From Saprospiraceae bacterium (GTDB lineage Bacteria > Bacteroidota > Bacteroidia > Chitinophagales > Saprospiraceae), in assembly GCA_036846745.1 (NCBI GenBank), contig DAIUBI010000001.1, forward strand, positions 1 to 51,109: a DNA stretch of 51,109 bases. Direction: 5' to 3'. The notes under the pieces were generated by a model that saw only the letters and a list, made by a program, of their open reading frames with translations, had not been told where the DNA came from and did not search any database. Shown here in pieces: positions 10,509 through 19,000 of this stretch; the first letter of the stretch is position 1, and each line of letters begins with the position of its first letter. The position numbers and the translations under genes were made by a program.

Positions 10509-11984
10509 ATGCAAGCATATAAAAAACTTTCCATCTTGCTCATTGCATTGGGTGCATTGATGGTGCCAAATGCATGCCAGAAAGATCTGCTGGACCCGGC
10601 TCCACTGGCCAGTCTTTCCTCTGCTACCGCATTTGCTACTCCTGACCGTTTTGTGAGCCAGTTAAACGGTTTGTACGACAACGTTAAAGCTGGCGCATTC
10701 TACGCTGGCCGTTTTAGCGTATATGGCGAGATTCGTGCAGAAGAATTTCTGAATGAAACGACTAATAACGTAACAGGTTTCTCTGTTTGGAACCACACCG
10801 TTGCTGAAACCAATATCAACGATGTAAACAACCTTTGGAATGCTGTTTACTACGCCATCAATAGCTGCAACCTCTTCATTGAAGGCGCCGATGCTAACCG
10901 TGCAGTGGTAAATGACAATGCTAAAGTAGATGGATACATTGCTGAAGCAAAGTTCATCCGTGCACTTTGCTACCACAGCCTTCTTTCGCTGTACTGCCGT
11001 CCGTACGCAGATGGCAATGGCTCTCAGCTCGGCGTGCCTCTGCGCTTGCGCGCTGAAATTGGACCAGGTAACAATGACCTGGCCCGCAGCACCGTAGCAC
11101 AGGTTTACGCACAGATCCTTTCTGACCTGAATGATGCAGAAGCTGGTCTGCCAGCAACACAAGGAAGTGCTTTATTGAACACTACCCGTGCCCACAAAAA
11201 CACGGCTATTGCCTTTAAGACCCGTGTTTATTTGAACATGCAGCGTTATGCAGATGTCATCACAGAAGCAAACAAGATTGTTTCTGCAGGCGCTCCTTTC
11301 AAAGCAAGCAGCGGTGTGGCTCACGAGCTTCAGGCTAATGTGAAAAACGTGTTCAGCACGCCTTACACAACCTCGGAGAGCATTTTCTCCATGCCATTTA
11401 CGGTAAATGACTTGCCTGGCACCCAAAATGGTCTAGGCAGCTACTACAATCCTGGTCCTCGCGGTATTGGTGATTACTCCATGAACAAGGCTGGTATTAT
11501 TGGCGACTCTGTTAATTTCACCGTTACTGATGCCCGCCGTCAGTTTGTATTCTTCAATAGTGCCAACAGCAAGTGGTATCTCAACAAGTTCCCTGCCGGC
11601 CCGGAACACCTGGACTATGCTCCGGTGATCCGTTATGCAGAGGTGTTGTTGAATCTTGCAGAAGCAGAAGCTCGCTTGAATTGGGGAACTAACGGCCAAC
11701 GCGCTGTAGACCTCCTGAATGCTGTTCACGGTCGTTCTGAACCAACCAAAGTTTATGCTTTGGCTGACTTCGCAGATGCAGCTGCTTTCATCAGCCAGTT
11801 ATTGACCGAACGTCGCATTGAGTTACTGGGTGAAGGTTTCCGTAATCAGGATTGCCAGCGTTTGTTGGCGCCACTGCCTGGAAAGGGCACCATTGGCGCA
11901 GTGGATGCGAATAACCCAGACTACATCTGGCCAATTCCATCCGGTGAACGTGCGGTGAACAAATTGTGCGAACCAAATCCATAA
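10509..11984 (+). CDS. SusD/RagB family nutrient-binding outer-membrane lipoprotein
   Basis: It has a lipoprotein signal with a lipobox Cys (LIALGALMVPNAC). SusD-like TPR helices are present (RALCYHSLLSLY, YAEVLLNLAEAEARL, ERRIELLGEG). It lies 35 nt after the SusC-like stop codon. Confidence 0.95.
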   Translation: MQAYKKLSILLIALGALMVPNACQKDLLDPAPLASLSSATAFATPDRFVSQLNGLYDNVKAGAFYAGRFSVYGEIRAEEFLNETTNNVTGFSVWNHTVAETNINDVNNLWNAVYYAINSCNLFIEGADANRAVVNDNAKVDGYIAEAKFIRALCYHSLLSLYCRPYADGNGSQLGVPLRLRAEIGPGNNDLARSTVAQVYAQILSDLNDAEAGLPATQGSALLNTTRAHKNTAIAFKTRVYLNMQRYADVITEANKIVSAGAPFKASSGVAHELQANVKNVFSTPYTTSESIFSMPFTVNDLPGTQNGLGSYYNPGPRGIGDYSMNKAGIIGDSVNFTVTDARRQFVFFNSANSKWYLNKFPAGPEHLDYAPVIRYAEVLLNLAEAEARLNWGTNGQRAVDLLNAVHGRSEPTKVYALADFADAAAFISQLLTERRIELLGEGFRNQDCQRLLAPLPGKGTIGAVDANNPDYIWPIPSGERAVNKLCEPNP

Positions 11985-12002
11985 GATTCATTGTAGCGTG
12001 AT

Positions 12003-12046
12003 AAACATGAGTCGTTCCGAATTTCGGGGCGGCTCATGTTTCGTTT
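12003..12046 (+). terminator. Hairpin terminator after the SusD-like gene
   Basis: AAACATGAGTCG (12003-12014) pairs with CGGCTCATGTTT (12030-12041), a 12-bp stem with one G-U pair. An inner CCGA/TCGG helix is possible. The stem is followed by TCGTTT, and the hairpin begins 19 nt after the susD-like stop codon. Confidence 0.55.
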
Positions 12047-12052
12047 AGGGAT

Positions 12053-12386
12053 GTTGCTACAAAGGTGGGACCTCTTGCGAGGTCCGTCGGGTGTATCTTC
12101 GGGTTGTTTTGTTGCTACAAAGGTGTGACCTCTTGCGAGGTCCGTTGGGTGTATTCCCGGGTTGTTTTGTTGCTACAAAGGTGGGACCTCTTGCGAGGTC
12201 CGTCGGGTGTATCTTCGGGTTGTTTTGTTGCTACAAAGGTGTGACCTCTTGCGAGGTCCGTTGGGTGTATTCCCGGGTTGTTTTGTTGCTACAAAGGTGG
12301 GACCTCTTGCGAGGTCCGTCGGGTGTATTCCCGGGCGTTTTTGTTGCTACAAAGGTGAGACCTCTTGCGAGGTCTGTTGGGTTAGA
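12053..12386. repeat. Tandem array of six 58-bp units, each carrying a 7-bp-stem hairpin (GGACCTC-TTGC-GAGGTCC)
   Basis: Units start at 12053, 12111, 12169, 12227, 12285 and 12343, an exact 58-nt period. Units 1 and 3 are identical, and so are units 2 and 4, so 12053-12168 and 12169-12284 form a perfect 116-bp duplication. Unit 5 is an A/B hybrid and unit 6 is truncated. The array lies between the convergent susD-like gene and the 213-aa gene. Confidence 0.95.
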
Positions 12387-12393
12387 TAGTAGA

Positions 12394-13035
12394 TTAAAAT
12401 TCTGACTTTAATGCAGGGAGATTCAGATGACTCCGGGTTTGATGGATACCATCCTCAACCGCCAGTTTAAACCTTTCAGGATCTGTAACATATGCCCTTA
12501 ACATGGATGCATGTCGTGCAATCTCTGCATCAAAGGCACTTTCAGGTTTCAAGGATATAAGTTTGTTGAAATACCTGATGGCAGATGCAGCATCCTGGTT
12601 CAGGCCTGATATAACTCCTTTATGAAAACTTCCCCACAATTCTTCACTGGTAAATTGATGCGCTAGAATGGCTTTATAATCCGTTTCAAGATTAGAAAAG
12701 TCTGATTGATATTTCAGGACCTTGGTTTGTGCTGTATGAATCAGCTTGGTCACTTCTGATTCGAATTGTGTTTCAGACTCATAGGGGGTAATATTACTTT
12801 CTCTATGGCCTATATCAAAACTGAAATAATCTTTTGGATACCATAATAGTCCGACTCCAACATTTAGCACCACTGCATTGTAACCACTGATTGGTTGAAA
12901 CTCAACAAAAATCAGGCTCCAATTACGGTCTTCAAACCAGTGAACAGATGACTTCCAGCGCTTTAATCCAAGCGCTGGAAAAATGGCGGCTGGAAGTCTT
13001 TTAAGTATTCTTTGTTTTACGTCTTTGGCAAGCAT
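12394..13035 (-). CDS. Hypothetical cytoplasmic protein, 213 aa (no signal peptide)
   Basis: This is a clean ORF 52 nt downstream of the giant type-B T9SS gene on the same strand. I recognise no catalytic motif. The N-terminal half has a faint resemblance to DUF4304-type small proteins (LGLKRWKSSVHWFEDRNWSLIFVEFQ...VLNVGVGLLW); that is from memory only. Confidence 0.6.
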   Translation of the reverse strand: MLAKDVKQRILKRLPAAIFPALGLKRWKSSVHWFEDRNWSLIFVEFQPISGYNAVVLNVGVGLLWYPKDYFSFDIGHRESNITPYESETQFESEVTKLIHTAQTKVLKYQSDFSNLETDYKAILAHQFTSEELWGSFHKGVISGLNQDAASAIRYFNKLISLKPESAFDAEIARHASMLRAYVTDPERFKLAVEDGIHQTRSHLNLPALKSEF

Positions 13036-13087
13036 CAGAATGGGTTAGGAAATGTCCAGTATTCTGGTGACAAGGCGAGGTTACTGT

Positions 13088-16000
13088 TTAGCGAACCACC
13101 GTTACATCTCCCTTGAACAATACCCGTTCTCCATCAATAAACCGGACCATTGCCGCATAAACATAAACGCCAGGGTTCACCTGCTGACCTTTAAAGGTTC
13201 CATCCCAGCCATTTGCAGGATCATTCGGCTGAAAAAATTTATGTTCCATAACGGCTTCCCCCCAACGGTCGAAAATCAGGAAGGATTCAATAACTTCCAC
13301 ATCCCGATCTGCATAAATATGAAGAATCGGGTTAATATCACCATCAGGTTTGAAAACATTTGGAATATATACCTTATAAGGGCGGTTTACCTGGACTAAA
13401 ATACGATCCTGGCCAATACACCCATTACTGTCTGTGACTGTTACAGCCACTTGAACAGATCTCCAGGGTAAAAAATGCTGGAACGGTTGGCCAACTGCAG
13501 ACTCGTCCAACAGCGGCTCCCAAACGATATCCAAATCGTCCGTAGGTACACTGGTTTGCAGTAAAATATGGGCTGAATCGGCCAGTTGAAGCAGCAGATT
13601 AGCTCCTAAAGAGGTTATTATGGCCGGAGGTTCTGTTACGGTAAGCGTATCAGTAGTGCTTTCACAACCATTCGCATCCTGTAACGTAATCGTGTACTCA
13701 CCGGCAGCTAATCCGCTGAAAACCGGGCTGGAGCTGAAGGTAACGCCATCCAGCGAATACAGCACCGGCGGATTAGAGGTTTGTACCCCTGTTACTGCTA
13801 CAGAACCATTCTCCTCGCCATTACAACGAATATTTCTGGATACAGCACCTGTTGCCACTGGTACCTCGGTGTCTTCTAAAACGGTTACGATGTCTGTGTC
13901 GGTGCATCCTTCAGGGCTTGTAACCTGAAGGGTATAATTTCCACCTTCCTTTACCTGGAAGAGGCGATCTGTACTAACTGTATCCCCATTTAGTATCCAG
14001 AGGTAGACGCCTGTACTGGTACCGGGCCCGCCAATATTTACGGCAGGCAGATTACAGTTCAGGGTTTGATCTGAGCCGGCATCTGCATTTGGTTGCGGAT
14101 GAATGGTGATGTTTACGGATGCTTCATCGTTTGCACAAGGGGCAGCGCCTGTAACCACATACCGAAAGGTATACACACCGGCATTTTGATTTCCGGGCTG
14201 GAAAGTGCCATTCAAGGCACTAAAAGCTCCTCCCTGTGAAGGGGTTGCGGAAGTCTCCTGCCAGGAGCCTCCGGTATCAGCGCCAATGAGCAGGCTGGAC
14301 AGGTTGACAAGATTGGCTGTGCCTTTGCAAAAGGCAAGTGCCGGACCCGGAGTGCCGGCTTCAACCGGTTGATTTACCACAACGGTTGCCATATCCGTTA
14401 TTGCAGACTGGCAAGTGGGTAAAGTGCCATCCGTTACCTGTACCAAGGTGTAAGTACTTGTGACAGAAGGACTAACGGCTACTGTAACAATTTGAGGGCC
14501 TGTAAGTACGAGGTTATTGACGGTATTGTTTTCCTGATAAGTTACTGTAAGCGGATACGTGCCTGTTCCCTGAAAAGAAAGTGTGCTGCTTTCTCCGAGA
14601 CAAATGGTGGCATCGCCGGTAAGTGAAGCGTCCGGAAGCGGTTTCCATTGAACCGGAGCGCCTGGAGTAACGGATAAACACATGTCATTCAGGTCTACAT
14701 TGCCTCCGTTGTTATTGCCGGCGATGGCAGATATATAATAAGTAACGCCCGTTTGCAGACCAGGAACAAAATTGAATACCGGTTGACTATTTGTAGCATA
14801 AACAGTGCCTAATACAGCTCCGGAACCGTTATGCAGAATAAACTGTACCAAATCATTGGCATCTAATGTGGCATCATTATTCCAGCTGGCAGTAGCAGGA
14901 CTACCTGCGCAGAATATGGCAGGGTTGGTAGTCATGGTGCCTGCACTGGTGGCGCAATCACAATTTTCCACCCCGGAAACCAACGGACTTTCACAGCCGT
15001 TTGCATCTGAAAGTACGAAGGAGTAGGTGGAGTTGTTAGGCAATGGGAAGGAACTGAAATTATTCCCGTTGAATATTCCGGTCAGGCCACTTACGGAATA
15101 AGGTGCCAAACCATTGCTTGCCATAAAGTTTACTACGTATTCTGTGTTGGTCCCATCGCAAAGTTCATTGATCTGGTTAACCTGCGGCAGTGCGTTGAAT
15201 TGAATACTTACCTGGTCGGCGGCCGTACAGTTTCCATTGGCAAGCACCCACTCATAAATATAAATTCCAGTTGCAGAAACATTAACCGTGCTGCCTGGGT
15301 CTGTATTTTGTTGAAAGGTGGAGACTCCGGGGCCTGAAACTTGAGACCATATTCCATTAAATGGACTGTTTCCGGCTTGTAAGTCAATTGTTTGTCCACA
15401 TATGGTTGCATCAGTACCTGCATTTGGAGCGGGGTTTTCCAGCCACACTACCGGCTGACCCGGAGCCACGGAGAAACAGGGATCGTTGGGATCAGGAAAC
15501 CCGGCAAGCGGGTTACCTGCAACCAGTGAGATATAATAGGTAACGCCAAATTGCATTTGGCCAGCCTGGAAGGAGAATTGCCCGGTTGTATTTTGGGCAA
15601 ATACCTGGCCTAAAGTAGGCCCGGTACCGTTGTGCAATACATAGGCAGTAATATCATTACCATCCAAAGTTGCATTTCCGGATGCTGTTGCGATAGCAGC
15701 CTGACCTTGGCAAACCGTTAGGGCTTGGGCAGCCATAGTTCCTGCATCTGTGGCACAATTACAACTAAATGCCCCGTTTATCTGAGGTATGGAACATCCA
15801 TTGGCATCCACCACAGCAAAGGAATAGGAACTACCATTTGCGAAACTGGCTGATGTGAAACTTGAGCCTGGAATGCTCTGTCCATTCACTTCATATGGCG
15901 CCGTGCCTCCGGATATCTCTAAAGTGACAGTAAAGTTTTGATTGCTGGCATCGCAGATTCGGGTGAGATCGTCAAGCACCGGAGATTCATGGAATTGCAA

Positions 16001-19000
16001 CACAACCTGATCTGTGCCGATACACCCATTTTGAGCAAGCGTCCAGGTAAGGGTATAATCGCCAAAGGTACTGGCCGTGGCTGAAGTAACAGGAAGCTGA
16101 TTGTTGCCAAGTGAAAGAGAACCACCCGGAGGCATAGTGTTTACGGTCCATTGGCCGCTGCTTCCTGCAGGTAAGTTTGCCAATAAACCCAATATGGCGC
16201 CACAAGTGGATTGATCCAGGCCGGCATCGGCTACCGGGTTTTCATAAAAAATCACCGGCTGCCCGGAAGCCACTGCCAAACAGGGATCCTGAAGATTCAA
16301 ATTTCCAGCTACTTCATTGCCTACCACAAATGATATGTAATAGGTGGTTCCGTAGGTCATACCAGGTAAAAAACTGAACGAACCGCTTGTGTTTTGATCC
16401 AATACCTGCCCCAAGGTTGTGCCAGACAGCGTATGCAACACATAAGCAGCAGTATCATTGCCGTCCAATATTTGTCCGCCTAAATGGATGGCATTAATAC
16501 TGCCACCTTCGCAGGTGGTTAACGTGGTGCTTTCCATTTGCCCGGCGACAGAAGAGCACAAACAGGCGAAAGTGCCGGTCAGCGGCGCAGAAGTGCAGCC
16601 TGCGCTGTCGGTTACCAGATAAGAATAGTTGTCATTGTTTGGGATAAAAACAGACTGGTAATTCGCGCCTGACCCTGAGCCAGCCGGCGTTCCGCTGATG
16701 GTGTATCCAGGTGTGCCGCCGGAAATATTGAATGAGACACTGAAGTTCTCGTTAGCTGTATCACAGGTATGTAGCAGGTTGAGCGTTTGAGGTGTGGCAT
16801 TGAAATCCAGCACCAGGGTATCGCTATCTGTACATCCATTGTTATTCAGGTTCCAGCTAAGGGTATAAATGCCATAGCCGGAAGCAGTAACGGCGGTGTT
16901 TGGATTTTGGCTGCCGCTGATGAGCAGGGTATCCGGAAGGGGCGTATTCAGAATGCTCCATTGACCAAGTCCAACACCCTGATTGGCTGATAGCAATAAG
17001 GAAAGGCCGCAGGTGTCTTGATCCAGACCTGCATTCGCAACTGGATTTTCCATAAATACTACAGGTTGACCCTGTGAAACGGATAAACAAGGGTCAGAGG
17101 GGTCAGGAAAGCCCCCGATATTATTGCCGGCAACCAATGAGATATAATAAGTCTGACCGTACACCATTCCAGATTGGAATCCGAATGTGCCGGTTTGATT
17201 TTGAGCCACAACAGGTGGAACGAGCGTTGTGCCTGATCCACTATGTAGAACATAAGCGGTAACATCGTTCCCATCGAGTGTTTGTCCGCCCAGGTGTGTA
17301 GCCGTAACCGTTTGGTCTTCACAGGCTTGCAAAGGGGTCAATTCCATTTGGCCGGCGCCTGTAGCACAGCTGCAATTGAAAGAACCCACAAGTGTATCAG
17401 AAATGCATCCAAGGCTATCGGTAATTTGGAAATTAAACAGGTTGCCACTTGGAATCGGGAGTGAATTAAACACGCCATTGGTAACCAGGCCGCCAGGAAT
17501 GCTGTATGGTGGCGCCCCGCCGTTGATAGGAATGCTGATGGTATAATTGGTGTTGGTACTATCACAAACGTGTGTCAGTTGCCCAAATGCCGGCTGAGAA
17601 ACACCAACTTGCTTACATAGGTAAGGCGACGTGCCACAAGGATTTACAGAAGCAGCACAGACTTGTCCGGGTATATTGCTGTTCCATACTACCAAAATGG
17701 AACTTCCGGTGTTACTGCCGATAATGGTAACCCCCTGAGGCACTGTCCAAGTATAGGAACTGGCTCCGGTTACCAGCGCTGCTGAAAATGGTATGGTATC
17801 ACCCAGACAAACGGTTGAGGGGCCATTAATGGACGCAGGAGCCAATGGTGGGGCGCCATTGTCTATAATAGACACGGAGGTTGAGTCACAGCAAAAGGCT
17901 CCACCTCCACTTCTGCACACCCTCAATGTGTAGGTTCCGGCTTCGTCTACTATTACATTAATATTGGTGTTTGAGCCCACAATATGGCCCCCATTAGATG
18001 CTGTCCATAAATAGGTAACGGTTCCACCGGTACTGGATCCGGCACCTGTAATGGAAATGGAGGTAGTATTGCAATCCAGCTGCCCGTTTGGAGTTGCTGC
18101 GGCCACTACAGGTAAAACCTGAAGATTAAGGATCACCAGACTGTCGCATCCAAATTCAGTTTGCAAGTTCTCCTGATAAACACCTGGGGAACAACGATCT
18201 TCAAAGCCAGGAGTTGTAGCGCAATCCCCGTCACATATAACTTCATTCAAGTTGGTAAGTGCGGGCTGGTGAACGGTTAAAAATAGTGTAGCTGTATATT
18301 GACAACCTTGTGCAGTGGTAATAGTTCTTACATAAGTTCCTGATTGACAGTAACTTATATTAAAAAAGGAGTAGCATTCCGGAGCACATATTTCCACGTA
18401 CTCTTCCACATCTGGTGGCGCAGTATTGATGGTTACCTGAACACAATTTCCACTCACATCACCACAAAATGGCGGACTACCGCTTTCCAGTTGGTTGGAA
18501 AGTTGTGTTGTGGTTAGTGATCCATTCGGCGCAGGAATATCTCCTTCCTGCGCTGTAAAGTAGGATAGTCCGCAAACGTTGTAGGTTCCAGGGTCATATC
18601 CGGACAGATCCGGGCCTGGTTCATATGCAAGAATTACTCCTCCTGTTCCACTAACAATATAGGTATAAGAGTATTCCCCTGCTGGTGGCGCAACCAGGGG
18701 GGGAGTGTAAGTAGGAGGTAGATTCAAATTCAGGTTAATGCTGCCCTGGCAGGCTGTAACATTTGGTTGTTCAAGATTGCCAGCCTGGGCTGCGCAGGAA
18801 AAGCAAGAAATACCTGAAGGGTCGCAAAAAATGATCTCATAATCGTAAAAGTTACCAACGTCGTTACCCTGACCATCCACAACGGTTAGGGTCCAGGTTC
18901 CGTCTACCGGGCCGGAGTTGAAGTTCTCGAGGCATCCGGCATTGGGATAATAACTTCCGGAATAGAAATTACCTATACCCCAGTTTTGGTTGTTATCCCA

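Noticed and set aside
9932-11162. Minus-strand ORFs of 182 aa (9932-10480) and 166 aa (10662-11162) antisense to the SusC/SusD-like genes.
   Set aside because: The sense-strand products carry unmistakable SusC and SusD signatures. The antisense ORFs have no motifs and unusual composition (Cys/His/Val-rich).
12053-12386. CRISPR array interpretation of the 58-bp periodic repeats (33-nt hairpin repeat plus 25-nt spacer).
   Set aside because: The would-be spacers are not unique. They alternate between two near-identical variants, and units 1/3 and 2/4 are fully identical. There are no cas genes in the window. This is a tandem (satellite/REP-like) repeat.
12091-12405. Plus-strand ORFs of 104 aa (12091-12405) and 75 aa (12162-12389) across the repeat array.
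   Set aside because: Their sequences are just the 58-bp unit translated repeatedly (VVLLLQRCDLLRGPLGVFPG...). Because 58 is not a multiple of 3, the frame rotates. There is no plausible start context. They are an artefact of stop-free repeats.
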